Assembly (NCBI GenBank): GCA_045805065.1
Contig: JBJMMA010000145.1
Span: 1-31,970 of the forward strand
Direction of reading: 5' to 3'
Source of the DNA: Bdellovibrionia bacterium
GTDB lineage: Bacteria; Bdellovibrionota; UBA1018
DNA: 31,970 nt
The position numbers and the translations under genes were made by a program. Below the pieces are notes generated by a model that saw nothing but the letters and a program-made list of their open reading frames with translations, was not told the DNA's origin and did no database searches. This document shows, in pieces, positions 17,344 to 25,136 of the stretch (its first letter is position 1; every line of letters begins with the position of its first letter).

Positions 17344-18579
17344 TCACGCAATAATCACACAACTTGGATCAGCCGCGTAGACAAAGCCTGCCTTGTTGCC
17401 TACGCCCCCATATCCAGGGACATTCATCTTGGAGAGATGAGTCGGCTTGAAACCAAACCCGCCGTTCTGATTGGCGGAGGGAGCAAAGCCGGCGATTTTT
17501 CCACCATCCAAAGCTACGCCATCCTGGGCATTATAGTTTGCGGTGATTCGAGTGACTTCCATATAACTGCCATCGTTACTCGAAAATCCAACTGAGTTAT
17601 TTAGACTGATCGCATAGGCGCATTCCATCGTCCCATTTTGTCGCGTAAGAAAGCCTACGCCTCCTCCGGACCTGTTATTGTTTTCGGAGGTCGCCTCGTG
17701 CGCCCAGAGAGAGGCTCCCGTTTGCGCAAGAAAACCTGCGATCAAGCCCCCCGTTGCGTAGCTTCCATCAAAGTAACCGATTCCGCCCATCTCCACGCCA
17801 AAGCAGGCTCCGAGCATCTCCGGCACGCCATGCGCGTTGGTAAAGGAGTGGCCAACGTTGAAAGCCTTGCTGCGCATAGCTTCGATGTATCCACCGCCCC
17901 ACGCGAAAAATCCGATATCGCCAGCATTGGCAACCTCTGCGCCGTAGGCGGTTCCAACCGTCTGGCAGACGATTTTTGCGTTCTTATCCGCACGAATGCC
18001 GTAGTAGAAATCCTTGACCCGAATCGCAGGCCCCACAGTAATGGAACTGCCGGACCCCGTAGCGTAAATTCCTGCCCCAAAAGCCTGGTCTGTCCAGCGA
18101 TAGGCTCCCAGATAAGCGCCCAGACCATTGATCGCAAAGCCATCGATCATGCCAAGGCTATAACCGTTCATCGCCAAAATGCCGCAACCGTTTTTAGTGG
18201 CATCAAAGTTCAGCTGGCAGGCGTAAGGGTTTGCCCGATTTCCGATCAGCTTTATCTTCTGGCCATCCGGATGAAGCGGGATGATTGGCAGCGACGAGTA
18301 AACTCCATCTGCAACCTGGATCGTGATCGAGCCATATCCGATGATCCTTCGACGATACGTCCATTCCAATGCCTGAATGATGGTTGGAAAATCTTGTGGA
18401 ACACGGAGGGTGAGATTTGTATCGATATCCCCTGCGGGCAGCTGAGAGGAAATCGGTGTGGCCGCGAAAACCTTTGAAGGTGAGAGGCCCGCGAGAGGTG
18501 CCGTCAGTCCAAGCGCCACGGCTTGAATAATGGCATTTCTCCGGCTCAGATCAGTTTGCGAACTTTGCTTTACAGGCAT
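17344..18579 (-). CDS. Tat-exported protein, probable right-handed beta-helix (pectin-lyase-like fold)
   Basis: LSRRNAI twin-arginine motif plus hydrophobic stretch ending VFA; VPQDFPTI..AL and ITIQVADGVY cap motif; repeated N..G(F/I).A..G.S coils. Confidence 0.7.
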   Translation of the reverse strand: MPVKQSSQTDLSRRNAIIQAVALGLTAPLAGLSPSKVFAATPISSQLPAGDIDTNLTLRVPQDFPTIIQALEWTYRRRIIGYGSITIQVADGVYSSLPIIPLHPDGQKIKLIGNRANPYACQLNFDATKNGCGILAMNGYSLGMIDGFAINGLGAYLGAYRWTDQAFGAGIYATGSGSSITVGPAIRVKDFYYGIRADKNAKIVCQTVGTAYGAEVANAGDIGFFAWGGGYIEAMRSKAFNVGHSFTNAHGVPEMLGACFGVEMGGIGYFDGSYATGGLIAGFLAQTGASLWAHEATSENNNRSGGGVGFLTRQNGTMECAYAISLNNSVGFSSNDGSYMEVTRITANYNAQDGVALDGGKIAGFAPSANQNGGFGFKPTHLSKMNVPGYGGVGNKAGFVYAADPSCVIIA

Positions 18580-18704
18580 AGGGATTCCCTTCTTTGCTTG
18601 AAATAAAACTCAACGAAGCAAATCGAGATGTATGCCCTTTAATTCTGCAAGTCATATGCACAGCAGTGGGATCCTGCTTTTTTCCGATTATTCCAAGGAA
18701 ATCA

Positions 18705-18729
18705 TCCTATGTCATCGTCCTATGTCATC
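18705..18729. repeat. 12-bp direct repeat in a divergent intergenic region
   Basis: TCCTATGTCATC-G-TCCTATGTCATC. Confidence 0.75.
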
Positions 18730-18817
18730 ACGGACTCGGTGCCGCGATTCAGTCACATGTTAAACGGGTGATCGAATTATATCGAAACAATTGAGCGACT
18801 CCCACGTAATAGCAGGC

Positions 18818-19786
18818 ATGACTTTAAAGAACCTGCACGTGTGGAGTGTTTTGTGTGTTTTGCCGCTTGCCGTTGCCTGCGGAACAAACTCGGAGTTAAG
18901 CGGCGGAACAGGCTCTGAAGTAGCCGTAGCGGCCATGAGCGGATCTTCAAGTGCAAGTGAAGGGACCGTCGCGCATCACTTGGATCCTCGGGTAAAGCCC
19001 TCGCCTTTTGAAAAACTGAAAAGCAACTTGAACCCGGTCTCCACTGCGCTTGCCGTACCTTCCTGCAACTGGTCCAATCTCATCACGAGCTGCTCAGGGA
19101 ACGTTGAGACGCTGAGCTTTGATAGCTGCTCCGCCCCCATGGATCCCGCGATCCGAATTCAAGGATCTGAATCTCTCACCTGGACCGGAGCCAGCTGCTG
19201 TACTGCCACTCCCCTCACTGCCTCATCGATGACGCCTTGTAGTTTTACTCGAAGAACCGTCGACAATACGGGTGCCTCTGATCCCCTGAAAAGATCCATT
19301 GGCTCAAACTATGTGATGCTCGATACGGAGACGGTCAGTGGCTATGATAAAAGCCTGAGTGGCGGATTTAACGTCACCTGCCAGGGTACGACCGGAAACG
19401 CCACTTGTGATGGTCAGCGTGAAATCTCAATCACCGGCGCGCACTACACCGGCAAAGCGAGCAGCCTCGCATGGGATCATACTGTATCCACTGATGCTCC
19501 GATCATTGAGCAAGGCCATGGCAACAGCCGCAAGATCTTGAGCGGCACGATCCGTGTTCAGCACAATCTCGCAAAGGTCACGTCCATCACGACGATCAAA
19601 GACACCCTGACCCACACGGCAGGATGTTGCTATCCAACGGGCGGATCCATCTCCACGACCTATGCAGGTGGTAAGCTCGATGGAAAAACCGAGATCATGA
19701 GTTTTACTTCAAAGTGCGGAGAAACAAGCTTAACCGATGGCACGACTCAGCAGAAGACCGGACTTACGCTCCATCATTGCCTTTAA
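18818..19786 (+). CDS. Cys-rich, Ser/Thr-rich lipoprotein of unknown function
   Basis: ATG 18818, lipobox AVAC-G, 12 further Cys, beta-strand-like composition. Confidence 0.8.
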   Translation: MTLKNLHVWSVLCVLPLAVACGTNSELSGGTGSEVAVAAMSGSSSASEGTVAHHLDPRVKPSPFEKLKSNLNPVSTALAVPSCNWSNLITSCSGNVETLSFDSCSAPMDPAIRIQGSESLTWTGASCCTATPLTASSMTPCSFTRRTVDNTGASDPLKRSIGSNYVMLDTETVSGYDKSLSGGFNVTCQGTTGNATCDGQREISITGAHYTGKASSLAWDHTVSTDAPIIEQGHGNSRKILSGTIRVQHNLAKVTSITTIKDTLTHTAGCCYPTGGSISTTYAGGKLDGKTEIMSFTSKCGETSLTDGTTQQKTGLTLHHCL

Positions 19787-19795
19787 GACTGAGGC

Positions 19796-20116
19796 TTAAA
19801 TGTGATCACCCCAGTCGAGATTATCGACTTGGAGGACTTGGCAGGTGTGAATGCTTCGGATGTACCTGACATGGACAACGATGCTGAATTCATGTCCACT
19901 GATCTCGCCAACCATGACTACTGATCCAACACTGCGGTCACGGGCATTCGGCGGCGGGTTTAAGCTGAAAATGCCCGTCATAACCGAGCCTGACGGGACC
20001 AAGCCAGATGAGGCTCGGTACGCAGCCATCTGACAAGGATCCGATGGGGCCAGCGCTGCGTGGGAGTGAAAAGAAATCAGGAGACCTGCAACTGCAAACC
20101 AAAGTGCGCTTCTCAT
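19796..20116 (-). CDS. Small secreted hypothetical protein
   Basis: Signal peptide ending SHA, two Cys, fills the gap between neighbours. Confidence 0.6.
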   Translation of the reverse strand: MRSALWFAVAGLLISFHSHAALAPSDPCQMAAYRASSGLVPSGSVMTGIFSLNPPPNARDRSVGSVVMVGEISGHEFSIVVHVRYIRSIHTCQVLQVDNLDWGDHI

Positions 20117-20226
20117 AAGTCAGCTTATGACCGACTTTGATTTTAATTAAAAATACATAGCGCGCGAGTTGATATGCGCGATCTGAATTTTATACAGTCG
20201 CAGGTCTCTCTTTCTCAAATCAGGGT

Positions 20227-20838
20227 TTATTCTGCGATCTCACAAGACGTTGCGCCCGTCTCCGGAGTGCAGCCATCCCAGAAGGTTTTGCTGCACCGAG
20301 CGTTTTGTGGAGTGACCCACTGACCGGAACGAATGCAGTCCTGCCAGTATTCGCTCTTCACATCGCTCATCTGAGCGCGAACATCGGTCACAAAGCTTTG
20401 TGCGATTTTTTCGATCTTGGCTGGATCTTCGTTCAAAGCCTTGGCCACTTTCTGAAGTGATTCACGAGATGGCATTTGAAGCTGAACCAAAGCCATCAGA
20501 TCAGATCTTTCGATCCCAAGCTTTGTAATCTGCTCTTCATTGGCATTGTGTGCAATGTCCAGAATCGTTTGCGCGGATTCAACACGGATTCCAAAATCAC
20601 GAGCCAACTCTTCGGCCGAATCCATGCTCAAAGTGTCCAGATGATGGCTTCCATGGTGGCCTCCATGATAGCTTCCATGGCTTCCGTGCTGCCAACCCCC
20701 GTGATGCCAATCCCAATCAGAGCCATGACCATGGCCATGCCCTACTCCTACCGTAACGTTACAAGATTGAAACATCGTCACTGCAACAAACAACACGCCT
20801 AATACGCGAATGGCTTTCATAGTCAGAGTCCTTTTCAT
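20227..20838 (-). CDS. Lipoprotein with His/Gly-rich segment and C-terminal 4-Cys motif
   Basis: Lipobox-like FQSC; GHGHGHGSDWDWHHGGWQHGSHGSYHGGHHGSHH; C-terminal C..W.TP.N..C....W.GC.P.TGA..C. Confidence 0.8.
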   Translation of the reverse strand: MKRTLTMKAIRVLGVLFVAVTMFQSCNVTVGVGHGHGHGSDWDWHHGGWQHGSHGSYHGGHHGSHHLDTLSMDSAEELARDFGIRVESAQTILDIAHNANEEQITKLGIERSDLMALVQLQMPSRESLQKVAKALNEDPAKIEKIAQSFVTDVRAQMSDVKSEYWQDCIRSGQWVTPQNARCSKTFWDGCTPETGATSCEIAE

Positions 20839-20982
20839 GAGGTTTTTGTGACGCGTGGAATTTCTTTACGCAAAGGCTGCTTGAGCAACTTCCACACCAT
20901 AAATACGGCAAATTACCCGAAACTTCTATACTTGACTAATTTTGACAGTTTTAGTATTTCAGGTCCTGAATTGAGGCCTCAT

Positions 20983-21810
20983 ATGAAATCCATCAGTATT
21001 TTGAAGCACAAGCGAAGATGGATGGCACCCGTCATCACTCTTATGAGCCTCTGCAGCTGTGCTCCACAAGAACCAGGCTCTCACCTCGTTGCGCAGTCTC
21101 GATCCATTATTGGCGGCAACCTGGTCACAGAAGACTCGGAGATCGCCTCCTCCGCCGTGGTGATCAACATCGATCATGGCAAAAGCATGTGCTCGGGAAC
21201 CCTGATCGGGGATCATCTCGTACTCACGGCTGCGCACTGCGTGCTCGAAGCAGAAAGCCTCCATCTGTATTTTGGAAACGTTCTCGTCGACCTGAAAGGG
21301 GCAACTCCTTTTCAGAACTATCGCGCAGAGGCTTCAGTGGAAAAGGTCGTGGTTCATGAGAACTATTCGATCCAACACTATCGGGGTTTGAACGACATTG
21401 CTCTGATCACATTCAAGCAATCACTTCCACAAGGACTGAAGCCTGCCGCTCTGGCACCCTCTTCCCTGTCTCATGATAACGCCTTGCTCTCAAAAACGGC
21501 TCTCGTCGCGGGCTTCGGACTGACAAAGGACACAAGAAAACCCACGGGCTCTCAGAATCTGAGTCAGGTCGAGCTCAAGATCAATCTCTTTGAGAAGAAC
21601 TCGATTGTCGAGCTCATCAAGCCTGAATTTAAAACTCAAGCCGTCTGCTCTGGCGACTCGGGCGGTCCCGCTTACCTGAGTATCGATGGAAAGCTCTACC
21701 TTTGGGGCGTGAATAGCCGGGGCGATTGTGAAAAGTACAGCTACATTACACTCGCAAGTGACTTTCAAGACTGGATCTCAGAGAAGTCCCGGGAGCTTGA
21801 GATCAAGTAG
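20983..21810 (+). CDS. S1 (trypsin/chymotrypsin-fold) serine protease, probable lipoprotein
   Basis: IIGG, LTAAHC, NDIAL, GDSGGP catalytic triad motifs; LCSC lipobox; GAGG before ATG 20983. Confidence 0.92.
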   Translation: MKSISILKHKRRWMAPVITLMSLCSCAPQEPGSHLVAQSRSIIGGNLVTEDSEIASSAVVINIDHGKSMCSGTLIGDHLVLTAAHCVLEAESLHLYFGNVLVDLKGATPFQNYRAEASVEKVVVHENYSIQHYRGLNDIALITFKQSLPQGLKPAALAPSSLSHDNALLSKTALVAGFGLTKDTRKPTGSQNLSQVELKINLFEKNSIVELIKPEFKTQAVCSGDSGGPAYLSIDGKLYLWGVNSRGDCEKYSYITLASDFQDWISEKSRELEIK

Positions 21811-21843
21811 AAGGGTCTGAACCGACATTGTCTCAGACCCTTC
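21810..21843. terminator. Hairpin between convergent genes (possible bidirectional terminator)
   Basis: GAAGGGTCTGA-12 nt-TCAGACCCTTC, perfect 11-bp stem; no strong U tract. Confidence 0.55.
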
Positions 21844-21875
21844 CATGAAAACATCGTCAAAGAGACACTCGTAAA

Positions 21876-22274
21876 TCAATAACCCGTGCTGCCGCTAGAG
21901 CTGCCGCCGTAGCTTACGCCTGCGCTACCGTAAGAGGTACCTGCGCTGGAGGATGCCGTTCCAGCCTTCTGGCCTGCAGCAACGCCTGCTTTTTGGCCAG
22001 CTTTCTGACCTGCAGCCTGACCGGCCTTCTGGCCAGCCTTCTGGCCTGCGGCGACTCCGGCCTTCTGACCAGCGGCAACGCCTGCTTTTTGGCCAGCCTT
22101 CTGACCTGCAACGCCAGCCTTCTGACCCGCTTTTTGACCGGCCTTCTGGCCTGCGTAGCTTACGCCTGCTGCTGAAGTTCCAGCGCTACCCGTGGTTCCG
22201 TAAGTCTGAGCAAAACCGATCGAAGAAAGAGCGAAAACAGCAATTCCAGCCATCAATGAAAGTGAACGTTTCAT
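21876..22274 (-). CDS. Secreted low-complexity AGQK-repeat protein
   Basis: AGGAG RBS, signal peptide ending GFA, 67-aa core of AGQK/AGVA units with synonymous codon variation among repeats. Confidence 0.85.
   Translation of the reverse strand: MKRSLSLMAGIAVFALSSIGFAQTYGTTGSAGTSAAGVSYAGQKAGQKAGQKAGVAGQKAGQKAGVAAGQKAGVAAGQKAGQKAGQAAGQKAGQKAGVAAGQKAGTASSSAGTSYGSAGVSYGGSSSGSTGY
21954..22154 (-). repeat. Coding tandem repeat, about 12-bp units: 11x AGQK, 3x AGVA, AGV, AGQA, AGTA
   Basis: Counted from the translation; DNA units such as GCCTTCTGGCCA/GCCTTCTGACCT on the plus strand. Confidence 0.9.
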
Positions 22275-22326
22275 AGTATCAATCTCCTAAAGAATGAATT
22301 GTTTTGGTTCGGATGAGCGACCTTTC

Positions 22327-22342
22327 TGCAGTCGAAATGCCA
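22327..22342 (-). promoter_or_regulatory. sigma54 -24/-12 promoter of the AGQK gene
   Basis: Minus strand TGGCATTTCGACTGCA (GG-N10-GC), 52 nt upstream of the ATG. Confidence 0.65.
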
Positions 22343-22518
22343 TTCTTCCCCGCTTCCCAATGAGACGCGGAGTGAAGGAGTTCCCAGTCATCAGCCGAAT
22401 CGCCACACTGATCGTTCCGTTCGCAGATGATGATTTTTTTATTCAGAGCTGAGTCGACAGATCTTCTCACTCTAAGTGGCGGTGCACGCGACTCGATCGC
22501 TGACTGCAATCTGCAGGA

Positions 22519-23748
22519 CTACATCCAAAACCGCAGCATCGCGAAAATGTCAGTTTGCGTGGCGAGCACATTCGTGTCGACAATCTCAGGTCGAGCCACA
22601 TAAGCATATTCATAACGGACATTGAGGATGAGATTGCTGTTCAGGTAAGCCTCGACTCCAAAACCATGACGAAGAAACTGGTTGGATTCGGATCCTGTAT
22701 CGAGGTTGATGTAGTCAAGCTTGTAAAATGGCGTCCACACATGAGTCAGATTGTATTTGAAGAGTGCGTAATAGCCCCTGCTTTGCTTATATGCGATAGA
22801 TCGGATATACGGATCAGTGCTTCCTCCGGGAGTGAAAAACGTCGCCAGTCCCGGATTGATCTGTCCATTGTTCAGTGTGGGGTTGTTCCAATTCAGAGCC
22901 TCGACCGCCTCAAGGCTGAGGTTTGCGCTGATCTTGTTTTGCGTCAGACGATCAAATGAAAGTACGCCGTATTCGGATATCGCGAAGGGCTGAGGAAACT
23001 TCGTGGTCTTCTGAAAGTTTCCGCTGATGCCAAGAAGGAAAGGGAGCTGACGGGGATTCCAACGCGTATTGAGAACGGCCCCCAGTGTAAGATCCGCAGC
23101 GGTGAAATTGCCACCTGTCTGAAAATCATTCACCAGAGCAAAATCCCCATGCCAGTCCGGATTAAAGTTCCACGATATCGCTCCGCCAACATCATAGTTA
23201 TTGAACATTGAATTGGTCTGAAGCCGGGTATAGGTCCGGTGCTCGTCGGTCAAAAGACCAAAGGGGACATAAAACCTTCCCACCATAAAATATGTCGGAA
23301 TGGCCGCTCCTTCTGTCGCGAGCTGAAATCTCAGATACGCCTCTCTCACCTGACTTCCGGCAAGAGGAGACATATTATAGGTCAGCACGCCCCGCATCTC
23401 GGAGCCGCCCTCGCCCTGGATGATGGACACATTTCCTGTGACAGCGGCCTCCATCAAAGCCAGACCGTTCGGCCTCTGCGTCGTCTTGGTCGTCGGCAGA
23501 TAGTCGATGAAACGCACGTCGGCATAATAAAGATCAAGCGAGGAGGTTTTGGCGGGATTAAACCCATGGGAGCCATACACCTTTCCGAACACGTTTCTCG
23601 GCCCACCCCCCCAAGGATTGGCATGGCACGCGACGCAATTCGCTTTTTCCTTAGTGGCGTACTCGGGTCTTGCATCACTGCTGCTTGAACAAACCAGGTT
23701 TAAAACCGCCGCAGCAAAAGTGAGCCCCAATCGATATTTAAAACGCAT
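22519..23748 (-). CDS. Monoheme cytochrome c - outer-membrane beta-barrel fusion (Cyc2-like architecture)
   Basis: Signal peptide from ATG 23748; ARPEYATKEKANCVACH...FGKVYGSHGF right after the predicted cleavage site; EAYLRF, VGRFYVPFGL, amphipathic strands, aromatic C-terminal strand IFAMLRFWM. Confidence 0.8.
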   Translation of the reverse strand: MRFKYRLGLTFAAAVLNLVCSSSSDARPEYATKEKANCVACHANPWGGGPRNVFGKVYGSHGFNPAKTSSLDLYYADVRFIDYLPTTKTTQRPNGLALMEAAVTGNVSIIQGEGGSEMRGVLTYNMSPLAGSQVREAYLRFQLATEGAAIPTYFMVGRFYVPFGLLTDEHRTYTRLQTNSMFNNYDVGGAISWNFNPDWHGDFALVNDFQTGGNFTAADLTLGAVLNTRWNPRQLPFLLGISGNFQKTTKFPQPFAISEYGVLSFDRLTQNKISANLSLEAVEALNWNNPTLNNGQINPGLATFFTPGGSTDPYIRSIAYKQSRGYYALFKYNLTHVWTPFYKLDYINLDTGSESNQFLRHGFGVEAYLNSNLILNVRYEYAYVARPEIVDTNVLATQTDIFAMLRFWM

Positions 23749-23775
23749 CGCCCAACCCCCAGTGCGGGCGGCGTA

Positions 23776-23791
23776 TGCGAGCGATGTGCCA
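23776..23791 (-). promoter_or_regulatory. sigma54 -24/-12 promoter of the cytochrome-porin gene
   Basis: Minus strand TGGCACATCGCTCGCA (GG-N10-GC), 27 nt upstream of ATG 23748. Confidence 0.65.
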
Positions 23792-23812
23792 CAAGGCACT
23801 GGGTCAGCGGTT

Positions 23813-23828
23813 CGGGGCGCCTTTTGCA
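23813..23828 (+). promoter_or_regulatory. Candidate sigma54 promoter of the cupredoxin gene
   Basis: CGGGGCGCCTTTTGCA (GG-N10-GC, perfect TTGCA, degenerate -24), 48 nt upstream of the ATG. Confidence 0.45.
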
Positions 23829-23876
23829 AAAAGTTTTAGAATACATTCCAAAAAATTTCTTAAGTCGAGGTGATTC

Positions 23877-24278
23877 ATGACTCAGTCGATATTCATTCTT
23901 CTCATTGCAGCGTTCCTATCGCTTCCTCAGGGTGCCCAAAGTAAGACTACAAAAAAACAAGCGACTCCCAAGCAATCACCCGGAGTGGCAAGCACGGCCA
24001 GCGCACCCGTTACTCTCACGATTCCAAAGGACTCCATGTCAAAAGGTGCCACGGCTTATGGAGAGAACCCGAAAGTCGTGAAAGCGGGAACTCAAGTCAC
24101 CTGGAAAAACGAAGACACAGTGGCCCACACCGTGACTTCGGACTCTGGCGCTTTTGACTCGGGCAATATCCTGCCCGGACAAAGCTGGTCCTATACGTTC
24201 AATCAGCCTGGTAAGTTTCCGTATTATTGCACCCTACACGGCAAGCAAATGATGGCAGGATCGATCGAGGTGCAATAA
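23877..24278 (+). CDS. Cupredoxin (plastocyanin/amicyanin-like blue copper protein), exported
   Basis: GAGGTG RBS, signal peptide, GTQVTWKNED..AHTVTS, YYCTLHGKQMMAG giving His/Cys/His/Met type-1 ligands. Confidence 0.92.
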   Translation: MTQSIFILLIAAFLSLPQGAQSKTTKKQATPKQSPGVASTASAPVTLTIPKDSMSKGATAYGENPKVVKAGTQVTWKNEDTVAHTVTSDSGAFDSGNILPGQSWSYTFNQPGKFPYYCTLHGKQMMAGSIEVQ

Positions 24279-24281
24279 GCC

Positions 24282-25136
24282 ATGATCATTTCCAAGCAAA
24301 AGCTGACCTCTGAAGATGTTGCGCGCCACTATGATGATCTGGATGCGATCTATCGTGAGACCTGGGGACAGCATCTGCATCATGGGCTTTGGGAGACGGA
24401 AGCGGATTCGACGCATGAGGCGGTGAAAAACCTCTCAATGTTTGTGATCCAACGACTGCGGGTTCATGATGGCGCACGCGTTTGCGACATCGGATGCGGA
24501 TATGCGGCGACCTCTCGACTGATCGCGGAAAGATTCTCAGCTGATGTCACGGGAATCACGATCTCAAAAGCCCAGCTTGCGCACGCCAAGCTTCGAAGAC
24601 CTGCACGCGGCCGCGTCCAACTGCATCAGATGAATTGGCTTGAAAACACCTTGAGCGATCAGAGCTTTGATCATGCCTTTGCAATCGAGAGCTCCGAGCA
24701 TATGGAAGATCACCGAAAATTCTTCTCCGAGGCCTACCGTGTTCTCAAGCCAGGGGGCCGTTTTGTTGTCTGTGCTTGGCTCTCACGCGATAACCCTGGC
24801 TCCATCGAGGAGTCTCTGCTGCTTGAACCGATCTGCAGACACGGCCGACTCCTGGGTCTTGGCTCTGAGAACGAATACAGGCAAATGCTCAAAGAATGCG
24901 GCTTTCATCTGGAGACCTTTGAAGACCTTAGCTCCCAGGTGAGCAGAACCTGGTCGATATGCTCCACGCGTTTCATCCGTTCACTGCCAACGGACTCATC
25001 CAAGTTCCGACTCTTGTTTCAGAAAGAAAATCCTCAAATCGGATTCTTTCTTTCGCTCTTCCGCATCCAACTCGCCTATCGGCTTGGATCGATGAGATAT
25101 GGAGTCTTTACCGCGCTCAAGCCGCTTTCGGCTTAG
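24282..25136 (+). CDS. Class I SAM-dependent methyltransferase (tocopherol/sterol MT-like)
   Basis: VARHYDDL, WGQHLHHGLW, VCDIGCGY, IESSEHM, RVLKPGG; 3 nt after the cupredoxin stop. Confidence 0.88.
   Translation: MIISKQKLTSEDVARHYDDLDAIYRETWGQHLHHGLWETEADSTHEAVKNLSMFVIQRLRVHDGARVCDIGCGYAATSRLIAERFSADVTGITISKAQLAHAKLRRPARGRVQLHQMNWLENTLSDQSFDHAFAIESSEHMEDHRKFFSEAYRVLKPGGRFVVCAWLSRDNPGSIEESLLLEPICRHGRLLGLGSENEYRQMLKECGFHLETFEDLSSQVSRTWSICSTRFIRSLPTDSSKFRLLFQKENPQIGFFLSLFRIQLAYRLGSMRYGVFTALKPLSA

Noticed and set aside
18645..18662. sigma54-like TGTGCATATGACTTGCA upstream of the Tat protein
   Set aside because: Lacks the invariant GG at -24.
21954..22154. Repeats as a possible CRISPR array
   Set aside because: Units are about 12 bp, contiguous, in frame, with no unique spacers and no cas genes.
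23749..23829. Upstream TTG start for the cytochrome-porin gene
   Set aside because: The extension precedes a clean signal peptide and overlaps the promoter motifs; ATG 23748 preferred.
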